Source: Euglena gracilis (taxonomy: Eukaryota). Taken from it: 64,000 nt of DNA. Of the stretch, positions 12,668 through 25,961 are shown one piece after another. The stretch's first letter is position 1. Every line of letters begins with the position of its first letter. Location: NCBI GenBank assembly GCA_039621445.1, contig CP154954.1, positions 41,843,572-41,907,571 of the forward strand, read 5' to 3'. Position numbers and translations under genes: made by a program. Under the pieces are notes generated by a model. That model did no database searches, was not told the origin of the DNA, and worked only from the letters and a program-made list of their open reading frames with translations.

Positions 12668-14463
12668 CTGGGGGGTGGCATTTTTCCCCCCTGCAGTTGG
12701 TGAACATACCGCTGTAGGGGGTGATTTTCAGGCAGGGGGTCCCTGGAACTTTCATTTTTATTAATTCGGGCCACCACGTGGCTGAATCCCAGTAGGGGGT
12801 GACCATCAAAACTTTGGTCTGGGGAAACATTTTCAACCTGGGTAGAAATTGTGGAATTATTGACCAGGGGGGTTTGCATAAAGATCCCCCATGTTGTCCA
12901 GTGGACATTGTAATGCATTTACTGCTGTGGCCTCCCAGTGGGGCCACCTGGCCACAAATTGGGGCAGTTTTTTGTTGCCTGGGGAGGCAAATAAATCTGT
13001 TTCCAGATGTAGGAAACCTTTGAATTGCTTTCTGAGCTATTGAAAAAGTTGGGGGTCTAAGGAGTAATCCCCCCTGTCCATTTCCCATCTGCTTATGGGG
13101 TCTGCCAGGCATTCTTTTGAAGGTACCCAGTTCACTTGAAGGGAAACTTGTTTCTCCATGCACCATTTGAAAAAGGGTCTTAGCATTTTGTTGAAGGGGT
13201 CCTTTCTGCCCCCCCCTTTTGTCAGGTAATAGTAGATTGCTTGGTTGTCCACTGACAAAGAAACAGTTTCCCCAGGTTTGCTCAAACTTTTTACAGTGCT
13301 TATTGCTGCACTCAGCTCCTTTACATTTATGTGTAAAATGGAGCCTTTTCTCCAAAGTTCCTGCACAATTTCTCCTGTGTGGATGTCCAGCCCCCCCCAG
13401 GCATGGGTGCTGCCGTCTGAGTGCAACCCCCTGGTTGCATTTTGGGGGAAGGGTCTGCCCCCCCAGGTGTCCAGCAGAGTTTTTATTTCCCTTAATTGGG
13501 CCTTGATTTCCTGGGAAATGGGGTGTTTTGAGTCCCAGGGGGCTGTGGACTTTGCCACCAAAAAATTTGCCAGGGTGTCTGTAAAAGCCCTTAAAAAGGG
13601 CAGGGCCATTAGGTTGAATCTTATTTGACCCAAAATGGCAGCCAGCTGCCTTTTTGACATGTAATCTTTTTTCACAACTTTTCCTAGCTCCTTTTTTATG
13701 GTTTTGGCTTCTGGGGGGGCACCTGCTGCTTTCCTTCCTGGAAGTTTAGTTGAAAACCCAGATGGGTTACCACTTGGGAGGGCTGGAGGGTGGACTTTTT
13801 CACATTGATTTTGAACCCTGAATTCAGTAAATCTTTGACGACTGTGTTCAGGTTATTTTGTAAAGTGTTTTGGGTGGGGCCACCAGCAAAATGTCGTCCA
13901 GGTAAATAAAGACCTGGATGCCCCTTTTTCTCCACATCTTTTCGAAAGTTTTCATAACTGACGTGAAAATTTGGGGCATTACATTTAGCCCAAAGCAGCC
14001 TGTTTGAAATTCCCAGGTCTGCCCCCCCACCTGATGCCTTAAAAATGGCCTTAGGCCTGGACTTAATGGAATATGGAAATAGGCATCCTTCAGGTCTATT
14101 TTTGCTGCCCAGTGACCTTTTTCCAAAACTGGAAAAATGTGCTGGATATGATCCAGCTTGAAAGGTTTTACCTGAAACTGCTGATTCAGTTCTCTGCAGT
14201 CGCTGATCATTCTCCACTTGGTTGTTCCCCCCTATGGTTTTGAAATTGAAAACCATGGGATCAAATGCTGGGTTTCTGAATCCCAAACTCGTTTCACTGA
14301 CCCAGTTTTTTTCGTAATCCAGAAGAATTTTTTCTGCCTGGTTTAGGTCCAAGTTGGCTCTGGGTTTTGGATGGGTGGACAACTTTGGGGGATTTACCCA
14401 GGGGGGTTGAATCCCATTTTTGATCAATTGACATGTTGCTGGGGGGCATGTTTTGACCACCAT
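12568..14463 (-). pseudogene. pol of copy B (RT, RNase H, MTase; frameshifted)
   Basis: MISDCRELN, IDLKDAYFH, IYLDDILL, LHSDGS, HINVKEL, VDNQ, LADPISR. Confidence 0.92.
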
Positions 14464-15603
14464 TGGAGACTTTTTTGAAGTCTCTGGTACAGGGGGTGTC
14501 TCCCCATTTTTCCTCCATGGAATTTATTTTCCCAACTAGATGATTTTCTGGGGGCTGGGTGGGGGGCGTTGGACATTTCACAGCCCCTAGAGCCCCTAGG
14601 GCTTGAGCCCTTGGAAAAAGAAAATGTTTCTGGGGGGATGTGCACGCACTCTCTCCCTCTCTGCTCACACTCTCTCTGGAGGACCTTGTTGTTGGTTTCC
14701 ATACCATAGGGCTTACTGCCCCGGATTTGCCTGTCTGGCCTTCTTGATGTTGATGGTGTTGGTAGCCATACCATAGGGGGGCCACTGTGGGTCCCCCCCT
14801 TGCTGATTGAGCAGATATAAATGCTGGTGGGGAGTCTTCCCCTTCCTGTTCCTCCTGGGGCTGGGCAGGGGGCTGCCCATTTAAATACAAAGCCCTTGCA
14901 GGGCTGCCCCTTAGCTTCCGGCGGGGCCTGTGATGGACCCCCCTTGTGATCTTGTTGCAATTGATCTGCTTGATATTTCTGGCCCCACTGGCCTTGATGA
15001 TAACTTGAAAGGCCACAAAGGCCTAATTGATTTCTGGGTCGCCATGCCCAATTGAAATCTTGAGGGGTTCTTGGGGCCCAACCCTTGACCCCTGGGGGGT
15101 GGTGTGATTGGGAAATGATGGGGATGGTGTGTCTGACCTTTTCTGCCCCTGCCATGTCCTGTGGGGCCTTGGTGCTGGTGGCAACCTTGGCCTTTGTTCC
15201 AGCGACTTTGGATGGTGTAGATGCCTTCATGGCTGGTTGTGCCGTCATGGCCTTTTTTGCCTCCATGGCCTGTGCGGCTCTGGCTGCAATAGCCCCGCTT
15301 GAACACATGATGTGTTTTGGAAAGTTGGCCACCATGGCCCTGGTTCCAATGGCCGCAGTGGCCTGCTGGTTGTTGCTTCTGCTCCTTGCGGGGTCTTCTG
15401 ACCACTGTCTGCCAGGGTCCGTGGCCATCACTTTCGGGGGTTTGGGTTGTAAAAGTTTCTTTTGGGGAAATTTCTTTTGGGGAAGGGGCAGCCACGGTTC
15501 GCCACAGTCGACCCGCGCTGTCAGGTTGTCCAGGTGCTGCGGTTTCTGCTGCTGCCCCTTGAAGTTCTCCAGCGCTGTTCGTCTTGGAAATTGCATCTTT
15601 CAT
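14424..15603 (-). pseudogene. gag-like ORF1 and overlapping pol N-terminal region of copy B
   Basis: Two overlapping open frames (14911..15603, 14424..15596); DGHGPWQTV motif. Confidence 0.65.
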
Positions 15604-16123
15604 TGAAATCTTTCAGATACTTCAACAATTTCTGTTTTGAGGTTCTGCACGAGCGTCTCTTTCTGGATATTTTGAATTGATTGATTGACTTCTTCTTCTT
15701 CCAATTGATATGGTATTTGACGTTCTTTTCTTCTGGGTGTCGAAGGGCAAATTAAGAATCAGCCAACTCCGGCGAAAAAAAGGCACTAAGCAGGTACTCC
15801 TAACCCAACGCAGCAAACAATCCAAACAACACCGCCGGAGAGCAAGGCATGGCCTCACAAGGGCAAAGTGCGGAGCCCGAGGTGTCCATACTTTTGCTTG
15901 ATAAGGTTGCTGGTGCCCCGGGATGGCAGTGAGGGACGGAGGGCCTTCACGGGCGGGGGAGAGAAAAGGTGTGTCCCCCGGACTGCTTCTTGAAAAGAGG
16001 GGGAAAGCACAAAAAGGCGACAAAACTTACACTCGCGAAGATCTGAGTAAATATAACTATCAAGGCACTTCGGTCTCTGCCATTGTGAGGCCATGCCTTG
16101 CTCGCCGGCGGTGTGGTGTGATT

Positions 16124-16259
16124 GGGGCCATTCGGGCTCCGCACTGCGAGATGGTGAGGTCCTGCTTTCCTTGCCGGGTGGGGGGGTTGGGCCCACCATC
16201 TCCTTGTGCTTCGCCCTCTTGGTCCCTTCCTCCCCTTTCCTGTGTCGTGGGAGGCCGAG
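16124..16259 (+). mobile_element. Miniature non-coding DIRS (family 1) inserted in the left ITR of copy C
   Basis: Copy-A-type left end (ccattcgggctccgcactgcgagatggtgaggtcctgc) joined to copy-A-type right end (caccatc...gtcgtgggaggccGAG). Confidence 0.85.
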
Positions 16260-18636
16260 TTGGAACTTCGTGCCTTGTCGCCGGCGTTGACTGACCCTTA
16301 ACTTTCCCTTCGACGCCCAGAAGAAAGGAAAAGAGTTCACGAACAAAGGAGAACCAAGTCAATATAAATTCAATATCCAGAAGGGCACGAACCACGCAAA
16401 TATCAAATGAAAAGTCAATCATCAAATCTCAATTTTGAATTCAACGAAAATGCTGTGGAAAAAAAATTGGAATTATATGGCCGCGGATGTCCTGCAGCAG
16501 TGGCCGCAGCAGCTGTACAACTTGGGGATGCGGTAGACACGTGGAAACCGGTGGCCGTTCTTCCCCCCCCCCCCCAGACCCCGACGCCAGAAATTTCCCA
16601 GCACAACCCCCCTCCCGAGTGACGGCCGCGGTCTTTGGACCATTGTGGCCAGAAGGCCCAGAAAACAGAAGTCAGCAAGTGGGCAAAGGATGGGCCATAG
16701 AGGCCCAAAATGCTTCACAAATGGACATCCAAAACCCACACATGAAGGGCATTGCCCCCCCAAAGGCGCCCAGTGGCCTGCACACAAATTGGTCAAAGGA
16801 TGGGGAGACGGGATCAATGTCAAGGTGATCACCACTGCAGGGGCGATGGGGGCCACTTTTACAAGCAAATCCCCTCAGGAAGGGGCAGAAGAGGTCTGTC
16901 AAGCCCCCCCCCCAATTCATCTGGCACAACAGCCCCTCTCAAGGGGAAAAGGGGGGGCCACTGCAGCCCCCATATTTACAGTGGTTTTGGAGACCAAGAA
17001 TAACTCAAGACCTGGAAGACCAAAAGGTGGATTATGGAAGTAAATTTGCACAGGGAGACCTTGGAGGACAGCAGGGTGGACCCACAGTGGCCACCAAGAA
17101 GCTAAGGAAGTTGCTGGAGAAACCACCCGAGGGACCCACGAGGCCCTATGTCAAAAAAATGGGAAAAAGGGACCCACGGTGGCCCTTTCAATGCTCCAGG
17201 AAGAAAAGGGACCCACAGCGGCCCTTTTGGAGGGAGGGGAAGTAACCCCTCCAACATTCACTTCTCAATTCCCGAAAATTCAATCAAGGGGGGACCCACA
17301 AGGCCCCCCTATGGTATGCCACCAACCACATCAACATTGAGAAGACCTGAAAGACAAAACAGGGGTATTAAGCCCTGTGGTATGTCCTCCAACAACAAGA
17401 CCCTCCAGAGAGGTGAGCAGAGAGGGAGAGAGTGCATGCACATCCCGCCAGAAAAAAATTCCTTTTCCAAGGGCTCAAGCCCTAGGGGACCTAGGGGTGC
17501 AATGTCCAACACCCCAAGCCCAGGCCCCCCAAAATCATCTTATCCAGGAAAAAAATCTTATCCATGGAGTAAAAAATGGGCAGACACCCCCTCCATCAAC
17601 GATCCTAAAATGAAGGACAAACAATGCCCCGCCCAACAACATGTCAACTCATCAAGGATGGAACCCCTGGGTAAGCCCCACCAAAATTGCCCCACCATCC
17701 AAAAACCCAGAGCAAATTAAACCTTCACCGAGCAGAAAAAACACTGTCTGCAGGATTAAGACACTAATCCCCTGGTTTCTGATCTGAAACCAGAAGGGGA
17801 GCAGACGAAATGGGAGACTAATAAGCCATCTGGGTCTGTCGAGAGGAGATAGAGGGAAGGTTCCAAGTAAAACCTTTCAAGCTAGATCACATCCAGCACA
17901 TTTTTCCAGTGTTGGAAAAAGGCCACTGGGCAGCAAAAATAGACCCGAAGGATGCTCACTTCCACATCCCAGTAAGCCAGGTCTTAAGGCCATTTCTAAG
18001 ACATCGGGTGGGGGGGGCAGACCTGGGAATTCCAGGCAGGCTGTTTTTGGCCTGAATGTAATGTCCCAAGTTTTCATGTCAGTAATGAAGACATTCGAAA
18101 AGCTGTGGAGGAAAAGGGGCATCCAAGTTTTTATTTACCTCGAAGATGTTTTAATGGTGGCCCCAACACAAAACATCTTACAAAATCACCTGAACACAGC
18201 GGTCAGGGATTTAATCAAATCAGGATTCAAAATCAACCTAAAAAAGTCCACCCTGCACCTAAATCGTAAATCATCTTGGGTTTTAACTAAACTTACAGGA
18301 CAGAAAATTATAGGTGCCCCCCAGAAAATTAAGACAGTAAAAAAGGAGCTGGGAAAAATGGGCAAAAAGATTACATGTCAAAAAGGCAGCTGGCTGCCAT
18401 TTTGGGCCAAATCAGGTGCAATCTGATGGCCCCAGCCTTTCCAAGGGCCTTTGTGGATGCCCGAGAAAAATTTTTGGTGGAAAATTCCAAAGCCCCCTGG
18501 GACTCAAAACACCCATTTCCCAAAGAATAAAGGACCAATTAAGAGAAATAAAACTTCTGCTGGACACCTGGTGGCAGACCCTTCCCCCAAAGTGCAACCA
18601 GGGAGTTTTGCTCAGACAGAAGCACCCGTGCCTGGG

Positions 18637-21600
18637 GAGACACCTCGGGCTCCGCACTTTGCCCTTGCGAGGTCATGCCTTGCTCGCCGGCGGTGTTGTT
18701 TTGATTGTGTGCTGCGTTGGGTTAGGAGTCCCTGCTTAGTGCCTTTTTCCTCGGAGTTGGCTGATTCCTAATTTGCCCTTCGACTCCCAGAAGAAAGGAA
18801 CGTCAAATACCTCATCAATTGAGAAAAGAAGAAGACAATCAATCAATTCAAATTTTCCAGAAAGTCACGCTCGTGCAGAACCTCAAATCAAAAGTTGTTG
18901 AATTTTTTGAAAGAAGTCAATGAAAGATGCAACGTCTAAGAAACACAGCGCTGGAGAACTTCAAGAGGGAGCAGCAGCAGCTGGACAACCTGACGACGCG
19001 GGGGGCCAGCTGGAAGGGGGAGACTCCCCACCAGCATTTATTCAGTCAACAAGGGGGGGACCCTCAGAGGCCCCCTAGGGTATGGCTACCAACCCCATCA
19101 ATATCAAGCAGACCAGAGAGGCCAAACAGGGGCAGTAAGCCCTGTGTGGTATGTGTTCCAACAACAACATGCTCCAGAGAGAGGAGAGTGCATGCACACC
19201 CCCCCAGGAACATTTTGTTTTTCCAAGCGCTCTAGCCCTAGGGGCTCTAGGGGCTGTGAAATGTCCAGCACTCCCTACCCAGCCCCTAAACAATCATCTA
19301 ATTCAGGAAAGAAATTCCATGGAGGAAAAATGGGGAGATACCCCCTGTACCAGAGACTTCAGAAATGTACAAAATGGTAGCAACATGTCAATTGATTGAT
19401 CAACGGAATTCAACCCCCCTGGGTAAATCCCCCAAAGTTGTCCACCCACCCAAAACCCAGAGCCAATCTGGACCTGAACCAGGCAGGAAAAATCCTGTTG
19501 GATAACGAAAATACTGGCTCAATAAAACGAGTTTGTGATTCAGAATCCCAGCATTTAATCCCATGGTTTCTAATTTCGAAACCAGAGGGGGGAACAACCA
19601 AGTGGAGAATGATCAGCGACTGCAGAGAAATAAATCAGCAATTTTAAGTAAAACCTTTCAAGCTGGATCATATCCAGCACATTTTTCCAGTTTTGGAAAA
19701 AGCCCACTGGGCAGCAAAAATAGACCTGAAGGATGCCTATTTCCATATTCCATTAAGTCCTGGCCTAAGGCCAATTTTAAGGCATCAGGTATGGGGGCAG
19801 AGCTGGGAATTTCAAACAGGATGCTTTGGGTTAAATGTAATGCCCCAACTTTCATGTCAGTAATGAAAACATTCGAAAAACTGTGGAGAAAAAGTGACAT
19901 CGAGGTCATTATTTACCTGGACGACATTTTGCTGGTGACCTCCACCCAAAACATTTGAACATTGAACAGAGTTGTCAAAGATTTGCTGAATTCAGGGTTA
20001 AAAATCAATGTGAAAAAGTCTACCCTGCAGCCCACCCAAGTGGTAACCCACCTGGGTATCCAACTAAACTTCCAGGAAGGAAAGCTGCAGGTGCCCCCCC
20101 AGAAAGTCAAAACCATAAAAAAGAAGCTGGGAAAAACCGTGAAAAAGGATTAACTGTCAAAAAGGCAGTTGGCTGCCATTTTGGGTCAAATAAGGTGCAA
20201 TCTATTGGCCCTGCCCTTTTTAAGGGCTTTTACAGACACCCTGGCAATTGGTGGCAAAGTCCACAGCCCCCTGGGACTCAAAACACCCCATTTCCCAGGA
20301 AATCAAGGCCCAATTAAGGGAAATAAAAACTCTATTGGACACCTGGGGGGGCAGACCCTTCCCCCAAAATGCAACCAGGGGGTTGCACTCAGACGGCAGC
20401 ACCCATGCCTGGGGGGGGCTGGACATCCACACAGGAGAAATTGTGCAGGAATTTTGGAGAAAAGGCTGGTCGTGATTATTCGTGCTACCCAAAAATCGCC
20501 CGTTTTTTTTTTAACTTATCCTGCCCAGAAAACCAATGCACACTCCTCATCTATTGTGTATCACCTCCAACGGCAGAAATATCAAAAACGAAACTCTATG
20601 ACCACCGAAATTGGACAACAATATTGAACATAAAGCAAAGCTGCAGACAGAAAGTGACAATGACAATAACAAGTGAAAATGACGTTGTTGCTGACGCCCC
20701 CCCGGTCAATAATTCAACAATTTCGGCCCAGGTTGAAAATGTTTCCCCAGACCAAAGTTTTGATGGTCACCCCCTACTGGTATTCAGCCATCTGGTGCCC
20801 CCAATTAATGAAAATGAAAGTGCCAGGGACCTCCTGCCTGAAAATCACCCCCTACATGGGGTATGTTCACCAATTTAGGGGGGAACAAATGCCACCCCCC
20901 AGGTGGCCCCTGCTTTGCATGATTTTTTCAGGCAAATTTTGGAGGGGAAACAAATTCAGGTTAAGACCATTAAAGATTTACTGGGGATAAACCCCAGTTT
21001 AAAGTGTCATCAGAGTGCTTTTGCACTTCTGTGGGTAATTTTGAAACACATGGGGGTGCCCCCCGCTGAAGCCACCACTGACCAAGTGGCTGACGCTTTT
21101 ATAAAATTATTCCAATTTTCCAAGGCCCAAGCCCGTAATGCATACAGTGCTATGCTTTTGATTCCTGGGTTTGGTGGGCTGAGATTCCACACCCTGTTAA
21201 CCCCCTATAAGAGGCTTTGAACTAAAACCTGGAGAAGTATGGTGCTTTTGGGATCCCCTCCCAGTCCTCCTGTGGCTAGCAAGGTCCCTTTGCCCACTGA
21301 TATTTGTACGTTGCGTACCCAGCTGATTTTTTGCTCACGAATTCTCTGTTTATATCGATCCTCTGACTTGGCACAAGTCAAACGAACCACCAGTGTTTTG
21401 GGTATGGCACCCTACATTTAATTTAAACGTAAAGGCCAAAAGTCTCACAAGTGGGAAAGGGTGGTGTCCATTCCCCAATGCCCACAAATAAGCCCCTTTC
21501 ATTTAATGATGTCTCATGTGGCTGCTACACGTTCATTCGTCAGACCTGGGGGCCCCCTTCTAATTTCTTTAAAACCCCCCCCTTCAGGGCCATAAGTGCA

Positions 21601-22235
21601 GACACTGTGGCTTCTATCACAAAAGATTTTTTGGCCAAGCATGGGGTGACCCCCCAGGTGTGGGGGGCCCACTCCACCAGAGGGGCAGGAGTTGGTTTAC
21701 TCAAAAAATTCGGCCTTTCTGCCGAAGAAGTTTGTGAAATTGGCCAGTGGTGGAGGGGGTGGAGGCTTAAACAGCCCACTATCAACGACTTGGTGCCCAA
21801 GGTGCCCTGTAAAATGCCCTGGCCCCCCTAATTTCAGTGCACAATCTGGCCTCACAAGGACAAAGTGCGGATCCCGAGGTGTCTCGTACTCCCTCGAGGC
21901 AGACCGAGAAGGGAGGAAGGTACACCGAGGGCGAAGCACAAACAACTTGTGAGCCCGACCCCCCCACCCGTAAAAGAAAAGCCCTCAGTCAGAAAATGGG
22001 GGCCAGGGAGGACAGAGGGGGGGACACCCCCCCAGGGGCAAGAAGTCACGGCGCCAAGTCGGAGCAGCATCGTCAGCCAACTCCGGCGAGGCGGCGCTAA
22101 GCAGGGCCTCCTAACCCAACGCAGCAAACGATCAAAACAACACCGCCGGCGAGCAAGGCATGGCCTCACAAGGTCTTTGTGCTTCGCCCTCGGTGTCCCT
22201 TCCTCCCTTGTCGGTTTTCCTCGAGGGGGTGCGAG
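18637..22235 (+). mobile_element. DIRS copy D (family 2), internally deleted, nested in C
   Basis: Left ITR from 18637, ICR 21848-21953, right ITR ~22075-22235; RT, RNase H and YR remnants with stops; gag partly deleted; 20470-20697 is foreign sequence. Confidence 0.92.
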
Positions 22236-22710
22236 GGCTGGGCACTCGAATTCATGCGTTCGTTCCATGACCACAAATTCCATGACCACACACTCGTTTG
22301 TTCCCTGGCGTTTTTGGCGAAGGGACAGGCAGGAGGCCTAGAGCTTTCCAGGTCCTTTGCCAAAAACCCTTTCCTCCGCACTTTGTTTGAAGACGCTCGA
22401 TTTAGAGAGGCACGAAAACCCTGAGGACCGAGGAGACACCTCGGGCTCCGCACTTTGCCATTGTGAGGCCATGCCTTGCTCGCCGGCGGTTTGTTGTGTG
22501 ATTGTTCGCTGCGCTGGGTTAGGAGGTCCCGCTTAGTGCCTTTTTTCGCCGGAGTTGGCTGATTCCTAAATTGCCCTTCGACACCCAGAAGAAAGGAAAA
22601 GAGTTCACGAACGAAGAAGAACCGAGAAAAGAAGTCAATATCAATTCAATATCCAGAAGGACACGAACCAGACGAATATCAAATCAAAAGTCAATTATCA
22701 AATTTCAAAT

Positions 22711-23790
22711 TTGACTTCAATGAACAATGCAGTTGAGAAGAAATTGGAATTTCACGGCCGCGGACGTCCTGGAGCAGATGCCGCAGCAGCTGGAGACACT
22801 GCAGATGCGGTCATCACGTGGCAAACCGTGGCCGTTCTTCCCACCCAGCCCCCCACCCCAGAAATTTCCCAGCCCAAAACCCCCCCCAGTGACGGCCACG
22901 GTCCTTGGACCACAGTGGCCAGAAGGCCCAGAAGACAGAAGCCAGCACCAGCCCTTTCTGGGCAAAGAATGGGCCATGGGGGCCCAAAATGCTTCAAATG
23001 CAAAATGCTTGGCCAATCAAAGCCCACACATCAGGGGCATCTCCCCCAAAGGCGCCCAGCAGCCTGGGCACAAATTGGCCAGAAGATGGGGAGATGGAAT
23101 CAAGGCCAAGGAGGTCAACACCACAGGGGCCATGGGGGCCAGTTTTTCAAGCAAATCCCCTCAGGAAGGGGCAGAAAAGGTCTGTCCAACCCCCCCAATT
23201 CATCTATCACAACAGCCCCTCTCAAGGGGACAAGGGGGGGCCACAGCAGCCCCCCCAGATTTCCAATGGGGTTGGAGGCCAAGAAGAAATCAAGGCCTGG
23301 AAGACCACAAGATGGATTATGGAAAAAAATTTATACATGGAAACCTTGGAGACCAGCAGGGTGGACCCACAGTGGCCACCAAGAAGCTAAAGCACCAGCA
23401 GGGTGGACCCACAGTGGCCACCAAGAAGCTAAGGCAGCTGCTGGAGAAATCCCCCGAGGGACCCACAGAGGCCCTCTGCCAAAAATGGGGGAAAAAGGGA
23501 CCCACAGTGGCCCTTTCATTGACCCAGCCCCAGGAGGAAAAGGGACCCACAGTGGCCCTTATGGAGGGAGGGGCAGGAACCCCTCCAACAATTATTGCTC
23601 ACATCCCACTGATTCAATCAAGGGGGGGACCCACAGAGGCCCCCCTATGGTATGTGAACCAACCACATCAACCTGGAGAAGACCAGATAGGCAAAACAGG
23701 GGCATTAAGCCCTATGGTATGTCTTCCAACAACAAGATCATCCAGAGAGTTGAGCAGAGAGGGAGAGAGTGCATGCACATCCCCCCAGAA
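22711..23790 (+). CDS. gag-like ORF1 of copy E with a zinc-knuckle-like motif
   Basis: DGHGPWTTV and CFKCKMLGQSKPTHQGH (copy C ends this motif with HEGHCP). Confidence 0.7.
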
Positions 23791-25961
23791 AAAATTTCTT
23801 TTCCAAGGGCCCAAGCCCTAGGGGACCTAGGGGTGCAATGTCCAACACCCCCAACCCAGCCCCCCCAGAATCATCTTATCCAGAAAATAAATTCAATGGG
23901 GGAAAGAGGGGGAGACACCCCCCTCCATCAAAGGTTGCAAAAAAGCCTAAAATGTCCAACACCCCCAGCCCAGCCCCCCCAAAATCATCTGATCCAAGAA
24001 ATAAATTCCATGGAGGAGAAATGGGGAGACACCCCCCTCCATCAAAGGCTGCAAAACAGCCTAAAATGGTGGACAAAAAATGCCCCCCCAACAACATGTC
24101 AACTCATCAGGGATGGCATTCAACCCCCCTGGGTCAGCCCACCAAAATTGTCCACCCACCCAAAACCCAGAGCCAACCTGGACCTGAACCAGGCAGAAAA
24201 AATACTGTTGGATTACGAAAAAACTGGGTCAATAAACGAGTTTGGGAGTCAGAAACCCAGCATTAAACCCCTTGGTTTCTAATTTCAAACCCAAAAGGGG
24301 AACAACCAAATGGAGAATGATCAGCGACTGCAGAGAATTAAATCAGCAGTTTCAAGTGAAACCTTTCAAGCTGGATCACATCCAGCACATTTTTCCAGTT
24401 TTGGAAAAGGGCCACTGGGCAGCCAAAATAGACCTGAAAGATGCCTATTTTCATATTCCAGTAAGTCCAGGCCTAAGGCCATTTTTAAGGCATCAGGTGG
24501 GGGGGCAGACCTGGGAATTCCAGGCAGGCTGTTTTGGCCTGAATGTAATGCCCCAAATTTTCATGTCAGTCATGAAAACATTCGAAAAGCTGTGGAGGAA
24601 AAGGGGCATCCAGGTATTTATTTACCTGGACGACATTTTGCTGGTGGCCCCAACACAAATCATCTTACAAAATCACCTGAACACAGTGGTCAGGGATTTA
24701 ATCAAATCAGGGTTCAAAATCAATGTAAAAAGTCCACCCTGCAGCCCACCCAAATCGTAAATCATCTTGGATTTCAACTAAACTTCCAAGAGGGAAAATT
24801 ACAGGTGCCCCCCCAGAAAATAAAAACAGTAAAAAAGGAGCTGGGAAAAATGGTGAAAAAAGATTACATGTCAAAAAGGCAATTGGCTGCCATTTTGGGC
24901 CAAATCAGATGCAATCTCATGGCCCTGCCCTTTCTAAGGGCCTTTACGGATGCCCTGGCAAATTTTTTAGTGGAAAATTCCACAGCCCCCTGGGACTCAA
25001 AACACCCCATCTCCCAAAGAATAAAGGACCAATTAAGAGAAATAAAAAACCTGCTGGACACCTGGGGGGGCAGACCCTTCCCCCAAGGTGCAACCAGAGA
25101 GTTGCACTCAGACAGCAGCACCCATGCCTGGGGGGGGCTGGACATTCGAACAGGAAAAACTGTGCAAGAATTTTGGAGGGAAAACTCCATTCTGCACATA
25201 AATGTCAAAGAATTAAGTGCAGCAATAAGCACAGTTCAAAGCCTAAGCAAACCAGGAGAACTGTGTCCCTATCCGTGGACAATCAAGTAATTTACTATTA
25301 CTTAACAAAAGGGGGGGGCAGAAAAGACCCCTTCAATTCCATGCTAAGACCCTTCTTCAAATGGTGCATGGAACACAACATAAACCTGCAAGTAAAGTGG
25401 GTCCCCTCAAAAGAATGCCTGGCAGACCCCATAAGCAGGTGGGAAATGGACAGGGGGGATTATTCCCTAGACCCCCAACTTTTTCAATGGCTGAGGCAGC
25501 AGTTCAAAAATTACATAAGCCTGAAAACAGACCTTTTTGCCTCACCAGGCAACAAAAAACTGCCACAATTTGTGGCCAGGTGGCCCCACTGGGAAGCCAC
25601 AGCAGTGGATGCATTGCAATGTCCACTGGACAACATGGGGGGCCTTTATGCAAATCCCCCCTGGTCTTTAATTCAAAAATTTCTCCCCAGATTAAGAAGG
25701 TTTCCACAAGCCAAAGTTTTGATGGTCACCCCCTACTGGGATTCAGCCACATGGTGGCCCCAGTTAATAAAAATGAAAGTACCAGGGTCCCCCTGCCTGA
25801 AAATCACCCCTTACAAGGGTATGTTCACCAATTGCAGGGGGGAAGAAATGCCACCCCCCAGGTGGCCCCTACTTTGCATGGTTTGCTCAGGCAAATTCTG
25901 GAGGGGAAACAAATACAAAATACATCCATTAGCGATTTCCTGGGAAGAAACCCCAGCTTAA
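22727..25961 (+). CDS. pol of copy E: RT, RNase H, DNA N6-adenine methyltransferase (apparent frameshifts)
   Basis: WRMISDCRELN, IDLKDAYFHI, FGLNVMP, IYLDDILL; LHSDSS, HINVKEL, VDNQ, LADPISR; DLFAS...DAL...LYANPPW. Confidence 0.93.

Larger units (their letters stand above)
10350..15888 (-). mobile_element. DIRS1-like retrotransposon, copy B (family 2); right ITR interrupted by a TRIM
   Basis: Right end starts at 10350, ICR 11621-11726, left ITR ~15770-15888; full domain set in frameshifted ORFs. Confidence 0.95.
16063..22250 (+). mobile_element. Degenerate DIRS copy C (16063-18636 plus 22236-22250), split by copy D and 3'-truncated
   Basis: Decayed left ITR, gag-like and RT homology to copy E; RNase H sequence resumes for ~15 bp after D. 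Confidence 0.88.
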
